Below, piece after piece: positions 26,201 through 36,400 of a stretch of 64,000 nucleotides of DNA. Both the position numbers and the translations under genes were made by a program. How positions within the stretch are numbered: position 1 is the first letter of the stretch; each line of letters starts with the position of its first letter. The notes under the pieces are model-generated. The model ran no database searches, was not told the origin of the DNA, and saw nothing but the letters and a program-made list of their open reading frames with translations. Source of the stretch: Phoronis australis (Eukaryota > Animalia > Phoronida); the NCBI GenBank assembly GCA_002633005.1, contig NMRA01000537.1, forward strand, positions 62,001-126,000. The letters run 5' to 3'.

Positions 26201-29200
26201 TATAAAACTGTTGGCACGTTTCGTTGCAACATCGAAAAACACGAAATCTTAAGTCTTAATTTATGCATCAGTGTTTTATTGAATCCAGTCCGTCTCACCT
26301 CTCTTTAATTTTATTATCGCACAATATTATCGCGAGAGTGTGGAGTTTATTTTGTCAAATTTGAGAAAAGCTTGACTTCGTCAGTAGCATGATATCCACC
26401 AAACAGTTACTAGGGTTATGTAGGACCCTTGAAATTGTCCAAACTTGGCAAACTTTGGGTTATCATATCTCAGAAATGGCTGTTCGGATTCGTATGAAAC
26501 TTTTAGATTCCATGTTTTGCACAATTGTTATTAAATTGTGCCACTTTTACATGGCACGCTATGAAAAATGATTTTTATTAAAGAAAATCAAAAGTTGCAT
26601 AAGAAATAAAATGATTAGAAAACTTAGACAGCTTTTCGAAATTTCATCTTGAACAATTAGATGTAGCAAAATTTGTTATTGATGCCGTTGTTTTTTCTAA
26701 GGGATGTATCATTCTTTTTTACTAAATTTTACTACAGGAGACCCAGTTGACAGCAGATTGGTATAATGTCAATCGTCAAATTCCCCGGGCTTTCTTCCGA
26801 GTTAAAACCTATAGTTCTGAAGATATTTGTCTAAACTAATTAGGGTCCCTCATAACCTTAATAGGTGAACTTGTGATTATCAGTTTTAAGAAAAAAAATG
26901 TCGTCAGTCTTAGAAAATACATTTTTGGCAATGTTTTAGGACTGGTGCAAAATTGAACAGGAATTACTGTGTTGTAGTTTTGTTTTCGCAGATTGAACTG
27001 TATTTATCTCCCTCTTCTTTGTTAAATTGTTGCTTGCAGTAAACATTGAATGGTATAGTGAGTAGTGTAATAGTTTGTAACCAAGGTAACAGTATGGTAA
27101 TCATGGTATATTCTGTGGCTTCCATGAACATGTGTGTAATGTTAACGCATGTTGTTCTTTTACAGTGTCGATAGTACAAGTGGTCAGCATGAACGATCAC
27201 CACTAGACGAGAAATATCTGAGTGGATCGGTCAGGCCTGCGGTCAATCCACACCAACCATTAAGTGAAACGGACTCTTTGTATAATGGAGATTACTATTC
27301 CCATGGTGATAATTTCCCTAGCAGAGGTTCTGCCAAATATCGCACGTTAAGGGATGACGGGCTACCAGATTATAGCGCAGGAATGGAAAGACTTGGGCAT
27401 TCTGGGAGGTATAAGCCACAACCAAGAGATTATTCAAACAGGGGAGGTAAATACTATGGAGGTCATTCGGAAGAAGAAGAAGAAAAACTGAGGCGAGGTT
27501 ACTCCAGACTTCACCCTGAGCGTGATGAAAGATATGGACAACACAGTCCTGAATTTAAAACTACCCCTGAAGAGATGGACAGGGGGGATCGTCAAAGATG
27601 TCCACCTAGACATGCGAGGTCTTACGGAAATGGGGACGAGCGTCGGGAGTTGCCGATGGATTATTCTGGGAGACATTACGAGGACAGGTTTACATCGTTT
27701 CCGGACAGGAAGTACTCTCGTGGTCGGCCTGTGTATGAATCAACACCAAAGAGAAGGAATGTTGCACGTGATTATTACCGCAGTTTACCGCTGGAGGGTG
27801 AAAGTGATGGTACTCGATCTCACATGGATGAGAGTGCTGATGAGAAGGACTATCGGGGATCCCGGCCCCCTCCGTTGAGTCGCGATGAGCTGGACAGCAC
27901 ACCTAATTTCGGTACGCGTACCGTTAATGGGTACACCCTGACTAAGTCACCGTGCCCTGTGTGTGCTGGTTCGGGTGTGCACACATATGCAGAGTTCAAC
28001 CCTGCTCACAGACCCTCTCGACATTCTCATGTAGCTCCATCTGGTGAGACTAGACAGTACCACCCTCAAGCAAGTGGTGAGGCCGCACTGACTTCAAGCC
28101 ATGTACTGTCTCCAAGTGACAGGCATGGTGCACAGTTTACAGCGCCACCTCCTGCTCAACATGTGAACTATGGGTCTACTCCATTAGCTGGACAAGTTCA
28201 CATGCCTCAGGTCACAGCTCATCCGCCTCAGTATGCTTTTGTTCACCAGCCAGCAAGCACCACCCTTCAGCCACAGGTCTATCCAACTACTCCTGTCAAT
28301 CAAACAGTAGTGGCCACACCCCAGTCAGCCCCTGTGCCTGCACCTCAACCTGTACTTCATTCATCTCAGAGCCAGCCTGCCAATCCTCAGACACTGATGT
28401 ATCCATCAACCCCGCTTTACGCAGTGTACCCAGCGACCCCTGTGCACCAGATAACCCCTGCAGTTGTGACACCTCAGGCAGCACAGTCAGTGTCAGCACA
28501 GACTCCAGTGGTTCAGTCCTTCACTCCTGCTTCAGCCTTGCTTTTGACCAGTGGTCAAGCTGTTGCCCAGGAACCATCAGTAGCACAGCAGCATGTCCAG
28601 CTCATTACACCGAGGTATGTGTCTTGCGTACTCACCAGTTTCATCTTTATGTGATAGTTACTATTGAAGAATTGATATTATAATCAGTATAATTATGCTG
28701 TTCTTGCAGGGTTCGTGCATGTCTTTCTTCCATCACAAATAAGACACTTTAGGTGTATAATGTCTTTAATTTCACTCAGTAATTATTCTTAGGGACTCAT
28801 TCATTTTCTTGCATTATGTTATTTCCAGCAGTGGCCAGGCCTACGTGCCTGTTGAGTTGCAGTCTACTCCTCTGAACGCCTCTACGCAACCTGTGTCCTC
28901 AAGTTCAAAGGTCAGGTACTACGTCAGAGAGTACAAAAGCGTCGACTCTGATGCAGACAGCGTTGAAAGCAAAAGGTAGGTTTGTGGATTGGTTTGATTA
29001 GCCTGATGTGGTAAAACTTTCAGGGTTCGACATATAAGTGAGTATACACTCCAAAATACGTCAAAGCAAAATACGGACAGAAAATGTACCTCACTTGGTC
29101 ACAGCCGACCTCACTTGTACTTTTAGAATATACAGAGTGGACGTTTGGCGGGTTTTTTCTTAAATTTTTGGTTGTTACTTTTTATGAGTGCGAGTCTGAA

Positions 29201-30448
29201 AGATACAAGTGCTGGATATGTCACTCGTATCTTTGAGCGGGCATTTTTGCTTGTGCTGAGCACTGTTTTTAGTATGAAAACTGGTAAAGTTTTAATGCAA
29301 TGAGTTGGCATTACTTTTCTTGTACCATTATACCATATGTGTTCCGTGTGTGAAAACTATGTGCTTTCAAAGCAACCGTTTACCTTTGCTTAGTGAACAC
29401 AATTGAATGCTATGGTCACAGTATTGTATGTTTCATGTTGGTTCATTTCAGAAAGAGTAAACAAACTAAGAAAATGAGGAGACAAGATGATGACTCTGTT
29501 ATTGTGGTAAGGCTGAGTGACTTAAACTGCTACATTGATAAGTGAACTCCATGTTTGGCTTTTTAACTTAATTTTATTCTGCGTAACTATGTAGTTAAAT
29601 TTTAGCATTAGCAATGCTTTTTTGAAACATTTTCTAAATAGTTGACGTCAAAGTGTCTTTTCCGTTTGTTTTTAAGTGTATTCAGAAGATATTAAACAGA
29701 ATCTGACTTATACGTGATGCTTAGGTAACTGGTATATTGTAGCTGAACCTCACTGTCTTGTTCTTATTGTCCAGACGGGCAAGGCTGTTGCTGTGTATCT
29801 CTGTCTTGCTCTGTCTTCCTTATCTGCTTTTGGCGTGCCGAAGCAAATTATGAAATGTCTGTGGTAAATTGATCGCATCCGTGTCCATCAGTTTTTGTAA
29901 ATCTCTTGTTTTTTTCCTGAGGGAGCAAAATAATTTGACTCGACTCCATGACTGATTTAATTCATCCTTTCAGCTTCTAAATTGTGGTTAATATAAATCT
30001 GTTGCTTGTTTCTTAAGTGAACGTAGCTTGGCTCATGTGGCTTAAAAATCACTTCTAATTGGGTGATTCTACAGTGTTTGTAGCCTCCGTTTCAAGAAAA
30101 AACTATGATCACGTTTCTAATCAATTTGCTGGTCAAGTAGATTTTACAATTTTTGTTGCCTTATGGTGAAGACACGACATAGTCCGACTCTCTTGGTAGC
30201 TTAGTGGAAATAAATTTTGCAGTAATTTCGTGCGTAGTGGAGGAGACGAGTAATGTGAAATCACGGAATAAAGAATTTGCCGTTTCTCTCCCTAGCTGGA
30301 CAAGAGACAGACATCTTTTGACGATGCTTCACGCGCAGCCCTAGAGCTAAAAGTGCTGACGGAGAAGATGAGATCGTCTCTGAAGGATGAACTCAACAGA
30401 TCTATCAAGTACACGGCCACACTTCCTTTTATGTCCACTCTCAACTGA
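8168..30448 (+). CDS. AKNA: AKNA-family microtubule organization protein (AKNA/AKNAD1-like), 15 coding exons, about 1959 aa
   Basis: Exons 8168-8240, 15815-18094, 19070-19326, 21464-21637, 22187-22391, 23035-23306, 23893-24030, 24202-24374, 24632-24789, 25176-25320, 25682-25882, 27166-28614, 28829-28975, 29452-29506 and 30296-30448 all have GT-AG ends and matching phases (5880 nt). Motifs recalled from vertebrate AKNA: LQDEYDKLLEKYALAEVTIDQLKLGAKVRLHSDPP, FDNDKSLEGELFKLGMKLE, DSGFMGSE, CPVC and the C-terminal helix AALELKVLTEKMRSSLKDEL. Confidence 0.88.
12519..12911. repeat. About 200-bp direct tandem duplication in AKNA intron 1
   Basis: GTGGTATGGG...GCTGTTTTAAAGGAGACCTGAGT...CACTTAATTACTGGTC...CTTATAGAGGTG occurs twice. 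Confidence 0.85.
14148..14259 (+). CDS. AKNA: Candidate alternative first coding exon of AKNA-like gene (MGAHSTNLRSDCEYYEEIRREIIRSQDGRSVPKQGSA)
   Basis: ATG in good context (atcATGg), 37 open codons plus 1 nt, donor GTATGA at 14260; phase 1 joins exon 15815 in frame. Confidence 0.45.
14364..14520. mobile_element. Short Tc1/mariner-like MITE remnant
   Basis: taCCGTACTCGTC ... GACGAGTA ends; internal repeat GTGGGC(G/A)GTAAGCCGAGCATGGGC x2. Confidence 0.45.
15815..18094 (+). CDS. AKNA: AKNA-like exon 2: acidic/Ser-rich disordered region followed by the conserved AKNA coiled coil
   Basis: 759-aa ORF; acceptor tttcAG at 15813-14, donor GTCAGT at 18095; contains EYDKLLEKYALAEVTIDQLKLGAKV. Confidence 0.9.
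18410..18485 (+). mobile_element. tRNA-derived SINE head or tRNA pseudogene in an AKNA intron
   Basis: A-box-like TCTCAGTGGTAAGAGC and B-box GGTTCGATTCC; acceptor stem does not pair. Confidence 0.55.
19070..19326 (+). CDS. AKNA: AKNA-like exon 3
   Basis: Phase 1 in, phase 0 out; ends ALIFQARSLEEQ, then GTAGGA. Confidence 0.75.
21464..21637 (+). CDS. AKNA: AKNA-like exon 4 (AKNA domain coiled coil)
   Basis: tttcCAG acceptor and GTGAGA donor; LDSFTTLLNEDQLTLVEQERVCERIRTDLEQLQHDYRQARDEH. Confidence 0.85.
22187..22391 (+). CDS. AKNA: AKNA-like exon 5 (AKNA domain)
   Basis: ttaCAG acceptor and GTGAGC donor; FDNDKSLEGELFKLGMKLEGVHE. Confidence 0.85.
23035..23306 (+). CDS. AKNA: AKNA-like exon 6 (coiled coil)
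   Basis: ttgCAG acceptor and GTGAGC donor; LENKVEQLLDEYNALIGRYNELK. Confidence 0.8.
23893..25882 (+). CDS. AKNA: AKNA-like exons 7-11 (23893-24030, 24202-24374, 24632-24789, 25176-25320, 25682-25882)
   Basis: Consecutive phase-compatible GT-AG exons; include DSGFMGSE and the coiled coil ERLNQLQNQIEQLRLELQK. Confidence 0.78.
27166..28614 (+). CDS. AKNA: AKNA-like exon 12 (R/D/Y-rich, CPVC motif, then P/Q/A/V-rich)
   Basis: 501-aa ORF; tttaCAG acceptor, GTATGT donor, phase 2 at both ends. Confidence 0.85.
28829..30448 (+). CDS. AKNA: AKNA-like exons 13-15 (28829-28975, 29452-29506, 30296-30448 with stop)
   Basis: Phase-compatible; last exon LDKRQTSFDDASRAALELKVLTEKMRSSLKDELNRSIKYTATLPFMSTLN* resembles the AKNA C-terminal helix. 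Confidence 0.78.
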
Positions 30449-32287
30449 AGGTGCTGAGCATCGTGGGAAGACGGACTTTGTTTGAATATTGAGTGATAAG
30501 CTTGGTTGGAGATTGAATGGCTGGTTTCATCCATTGACAGTAGATGGCAGCAGGGTTTCTATAGTCGCCGTTGATATGCAATAATAATCCACAAAATGGA
30601 TAATTACTCTGGTTGACAAGTCTTGACAAAGCTTTGACAAAATTGTGAAGACAAATGTGAAAATTAGCCAAGAAATTTATGTACAGCAAAAGAAAAACAA
30701 ATGCGTAGTCAGCTTAAGTAAGACCAGGGAAAGCTGTAATCAGAAGACAATACCCGTTATAAGTCAAAGGCAAATTTGCAGTCATGTGTTACTCTGATTG
30801 CTGATTTTCAGTGACGAGATTTTTAATTTTCTGTTAAAAGTATTGTGTTAGTAATTTTCATTGGTGGAGGTTGAGTTGGTAACAAGTTTTATATTTTTGG
30901 TAAGCAATCTGAATCCATAATTAGAATGGACTAGGTATTTTAGCTCAGGACGAAGTATTCTAAACATTGTAAGTATCATCTCACATGGTTTTCCTCTAGA
31001 GTATGACAAAAATACTCATTGGAAAATTGCCCTTTGCGAGTGGATAGTGCAGATTTTTTAACGTGTTGCGTGCCTGTGTGTGTGAATGTTTAGGTATACC
31101 ACTAGAGCGCCTGCTGTTGGTAAACGAGACAGGAAAAGTGTCCTTCTATTTTTGTTGAAAGATTCGATATATTTTTTAGTAATTTATTTAGCAAGCTTCA
31201 TTCCAAGCAATCCTTGTAGTGTTACGCAATTTTTATTTTAAAAATTTTAAAAATCGAGTTGAATGCATCATTCGCTTCCCTTCATTTCCATTTGAATTCA
31301 AATGGTGCATAGTCAGTTATCAAATATAAACCTTTTTAAAGGTTCAAATATTATTAAAATACACTGCATATTATGAAATGTTGTAAAATTAATGTTTTTG
31401 ATAAAGTTGTGTGCTATATCATTTCGATAAAATTTGGGACAGCTTTGAAGATGGAAGTTCATAATGACATCGCTTTAATACATTTTCATTCAACTCTGCA
31501 AATATAAGATGTATGCTTATGAAATTATCAGGGATGTAAGAGATCTGTGTCGACATGAACTTTGCCATCGAAGCTATCACAAGTTTCGTCTTAATTTACA
31601 TTTTTGTTTCTGCATTTTCAAGCAAAGCGTGCAAGGGGCACTAACCAGACAGTACTCTGCAGGTTAGATGAATTTGGTTGGTATTTAAGTCAAGGTGGCG
31701 TATACAAACTTTTGATATTCTGTTCTGGATTGAGAACAAAACTGTCACTCAAGCATTTAGTACTTAAGATGAGCTTATCAGACATGTGATCATTTGTTGT
31801 TTGCATTGTTCGAGCATTTAGTAAATGATTCATGCGAGCATACATGTATCTGACATCGATAATCATTTTATTTTCTCTGCGTCTTTAAGAATAATGGGTC
31901 GGCATTTATGTGAACTTTTTAACCCATTTTTGTAGGATTGTTGAGGAAAATTTAATACTACTGGTGTAGCATTTTGTTTTTCAGTATCATCTCGTCCAAT
32001 TTTGATAATTAATTTCAGGGTGATATTACATCAATCATTGCAGTGCAGGTGTTGCGATGAATGTTGAATTCATAACACGGTTCCAAATATTTCAGGTTTT
32101 GTATGTTATTGAGTAATGCACAACCTTGACCTTGGAACAGGTCTTCTAAATCAGTGATTTGTTTTCTTGTTCCTGTTAATAGCTGAAAGTCAGTAGTATT
32201 AAATAATGCCTGATTAGTACATAAAGTATTAATAGTTGTTGGTTGGGAGTACGAAATATGCGTTTTTTTTAATTTGCTGCGTTGATG

Positions 32288-32300
32288 AATAAAAAATAAA
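32288..32300 (+). terminator. Probable polyadenylation signals of the AKNA-like gene
   Basis: Two AATAAA hexamers (32288, 32295) followed by T/GT-rich sequence, about 1.85 kb after the stop. Confidence 0.45.
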
Positions 32301-32671
32301 CTGAATTGAGCATTTTTATCATTCTGCGTTTTTGGTTTTGAAACAATCGGGAACCAACGACGCTTAAGAGCTGCAGAGTTCAGTTACTCGAATGTTAACA
32401 ATATCTGTTTTAAGGAACTTAAAGGTGATTTTAAAACTTAACTGCTACAAGTGGAAAGTACCTGTTTTCCACGTATAACTAGAAATGATTGTCACCAAAG
32501 CCAGCAGCCAGGTGACTTGGTAAACTTAACAACTCAAAAACCTCAATCTTTGACTATAAAATAAACCTAAACAATGATGAAAATAAACTGCTGCAATCAA
32601 CTACAAAACCAAGTAAGTTCATATTAGACAAAATGAACCCTTAACATAACTTAAAATTTCAAGTAGCCTTT

Positions 32672-32677
32672 TTTATT
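32672..32677 (-). terminator. Possible polyadenylation signal of HENMT1
   Basis: AATAAA on the minus strand about 560 nt after the HENMT1 stop. Confidence 0.3.
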
Positions 32678-32744
32678 TTAACAAGTAACAAGACTCCAAA
32701 GGATTTTTTAGGTATACGCTGTTAATGAACCTTCACGAGAGGCC

Positions 32745-32802
32745 TACTTCACAATCGGTGTCGATAGTTGGATTACTTCACAATAGGTGTCGATAGTTGG
32801 AT
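32745..32802. repeat. 29-bp tandem duplication in the presumed HENMT1 3' UTR
   Basis: TACTTCACAAT(C/A)GGTGTCGATAGTTGGAT x2. Confidence 0.9.
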
Positions 32803-33232
32803 TGTTGGTGCGTGACTTCAGTAAGCAAGCCGTAAAAAAACACCTTGGCTTCCAGATGTCAATAAAATTAAAAAAGTAAGTTATAAAGAACATAGACTTG
32901 TTTGTTCATAGTGGATTACCTACTTGGAGATATGTTAACCCTACACTTCACATTTTGTTATGATGAGCATATTTTTTAAGTGGTCAAATAATCAATAGAT
33001 CTGAAGAATAAAGAGTCCAAACTTATCACCATGTTCCCAGCTAAGTCCTGGGCAGTCGAGTTTTCATCAGTTACCACAGGCACAAGCAACATCCCATTCA
33101 AAAAGTAATTTAAAAGCCTGTGTCCCGTGGTCTGGTTTCTTTAACGTGTCCTAAACGCATCCTCCTTAAACAGAAAAGCGTAATGTAGTGCGCGAGATAG
33201 AGAATGAGAGTGAGATGTCAATCAACGTTTCC

Positions 33233-33431
33233 TCAATCCCACGATTCCTCTGCCATATCCTCCAATGCCAGCCTCGTGGTGGTGATGTCCTCCTCTGCAT
33301 CCGAGAATTGTCCAGACGTAGAATTATTATCACTGTCTGTTGTCAAGGAATCTGAATCATTGTCTATTGTTACCACAATGGCCGACTGATCATGGTTAAG
33401 TACGTAAGTGTCCGATTCTAATAGTAACGAC
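33233..33431 (-). CDS. HENMT1: HENMT1 last exon, acidic tail ending EESWD*
   Basis: ttttAG acceptor, phase 2; SLLLESDTYVLNHDQSAIVVTIDNDSDSLTTDSDNNSTSGQFSDAEEDITTTRLALEDMAEESWD*. Confidence 0.75.
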
Positions 33432-36400
33432 CTAAAAGTGAAATTGAGATGATGCGTTAAACAAGGCCTGGAAGTTCAATATCCCAGAGGCACGAGGATT
33501 TTTAAGGTTGTGTAGGACCTTATTGATGACAATAAATCTGTACATGCAAATGCTATAGAATTTATCTCATGAATTGAGGATAAACAAAAGCGAACATTTC
33601 ATAATAGATTTTTGCTAAATACAAATAATCACCGAAGTCAAGTGCATATCTTAAACAGTTGCTAGAAGTGTTCAAAAACACTTGACTCTGTTCATGGCCA
33701 TCATATTATGAACATTATCACTCATTCAATTTCAAGTACTCGATTCGTAAATTATAAATCAAAATATTTTTTTATTCTTAAACAACACTGTAATATTTCT
33801 TCCGGCATTGCTTAGCCTCTCTTCCATATCACCTATGAAAGAATCTTTTAATTCATCACACAAAATGTGATTCACCATTCTTTTTACTACAACCAGCTCT
33901 GGTTTATTTTTAGGATGCACTAAACTACTCTTGAGGGTGGTAGGCTTGTAAGCTATTTCCTTTGTATTAAAAGTTTTGCGGAGACCCCCATATATTTCTA
34001 ACGGATGGAACAGTAACCATAGTTGGAATATTTTCTCTCCTTCATACAATTATCACTCAACCATGGATGCGTGAGGTTCTGTAAATCGCTCAACCAGGTA
34101 TCCACAGTTTTCTCAGAGCACTGAGCTGCTCAAGCAGTACATAAACATCTCGGCAACAGTCTGATATAATGTGCCCGTATTTTGAGAACCAGTTTGATGC
34201 CTGTTATTCAGTGGAGAAAAACTGGTTCTCAAAATTCGGGCACATTATATCAGACCATTACCATCATCTCAGGACAGCAGGGGCATTATCAGTGAGAAAA
34301 GTAATTTTCTGAAATCAGTCTCTGAGCGGAGTTGAACTGTGGTCGCATCTCACACGTACCGGAGCTAAATGACACAAGATAAATGGGAGAGTATTTTAAG
34401 CGTTATAACTGGTGAAGACACCGACATTGACTTCAACCTTTGACAGGCAACAGCAAGAATTTCCAATTCACAACAAAATCACATATAACTCTGGACAAGG
34501 CTTAATAACTGCAAGAAGTTATTAAATTAATAACTTCAAGAAGTGTATTCTATCCAACAGTAATTCCAAAACTACATTTTTCCGCCACAAAACCCCTAAT
34601 GCCATTTTAAACTCTGCAGTTTCTGAACCCCTCAGTAACACTAGATACTCATTTGAGGTGAAATTGCTAAACAGGGTGTTCTTGGTTTACACGGCATGTT
34701 GGAGAGGCTATGAGGAAGAAAGCCAAGAGTCCCATCCTGGATATTAAACACAAGTTTTCTGAACCACGGTTCTGGGCCCTGGAGTTGTTGTTTAGGAACA
34801 CTGACAGAGGGCACAATTTTCACAGGAATCAGTCACGTGTCAACTCCAGTAGAAAAAGCCAGGCAGTTCTGCAACGTCGGAAGAAATATTACGGCAACTT
34901 TCCAGAAGTGTTTTGTCCCATAGTTTGCCAATCAACTTCAGGAAGATGATTTTCGTGCTTAAATGAAAGAAGCGACAATGAACGTGTTTTGCTTTTCGTT
35001 AAAACCTTGAGAAGTCAACATGACAGAGACGATATATTGACATTACGTTTAGGACAACTAACTGTAGTCATGGTTACCTGAGGGTGTCCAGGTCCCCACA
35101 AAGATTCTTTATCCGCCTACAGCTGATCAGCCTTTCCAGCGGCACCGTAACTTTCAACTCGTTGCTCTTCTGCACATCTGTATTCTCACCCTCTTCAAAA
35201 CGGGACAACTGCATCCTGGACTGAGCATCGCACAAACAGCCGAAACCAAAATTCCTAAAACTCTGATTCTTGCCCGCATCACCAGATGATAACACACGGG
35301 TATTATTTACACCAGTATCGTTCCCGTCAATTGGTTCCCGCAACGAACTCGTGTGGTGCTCGTTACCTGTCCTCCAACTAGCAGTCATCTCATGCGATGA
35401 CTTGTCAGATGTATTATAAATGGAGTCTCCTTCTCCATTGCCATGACAACGTCCGTTCATCAAAGGGTCGGTTGTATGATCATCATACTGACAGTCATTA
35501 TAATTGGAATTCTGAAACTCGCGACACAGGTTTCGCACCATGTAGTCCACTTCCAGATACGTTTTCTGCTTCAGAGACAACGGTGATTTCTGGTAGGGGT
35601 GTTCGCGCTCGGCAATCTGTAATGAATTTAATTGCGTCAGCTGTGGTGTTTTCTTTAAAACTGTTTCTTTTCCTGATAATACATGCACACATACAGAGTT
35701 TTCCAGAAAGTCACTAGGTGGCACTTGCTACAAATTTAAATATTTCACGGTTTTAATGAGACATAGCATCAGTCCTTTAAATCATTTTACAATTATATGA
35801 GCCAATATGTTTAATTGTGGGTGGCGTTTTTTTACAAAAAACATTTTGGTCTTTTAAAAAGTTATATTAATTTCTTAAACTGGCATGAAAAGGCTTATAT
35901 TCATTAGGTCATGTGACGTGCCTACAGGTGGCATGCTGATCAGACTTAAAATGATTGTGATATTTTGGTCTTTAGCATTTCATTTGATTTGAAGGAGATT
36001 CTTGTTCAGGAATCTGGATTGTGTTAACTTCACGTTTGTTTATACTGATATACAGGTACTTTGCAAATGAAACTGAACGGGTTTGACGCACCAATCCACG
36101 ACCAAACATTTCAATTCTGGCAAATTCTCGTCAACTGATGTGGCTCCACACACTTTGACAAACTGACGACAACGTGCCTCGCAACTTTGACTAAAGTTTG
36201 ACAAAAATCACATTTTATTGCGACAAATATTTCACTAAATTGCGAAAGTCCTTCTAATCTATTTTTAAACCTACTATTTATCAGGGCTTGGAATTTTCCG
36301 CGGAAACGCGGGTTTCCGCTTTTTTCAAATGTGCTTTCCGCTTTTTTTATAATATTTCCGCGTAAAAAAATCGGATTTGATATAAAATTTCCACGGCAAA

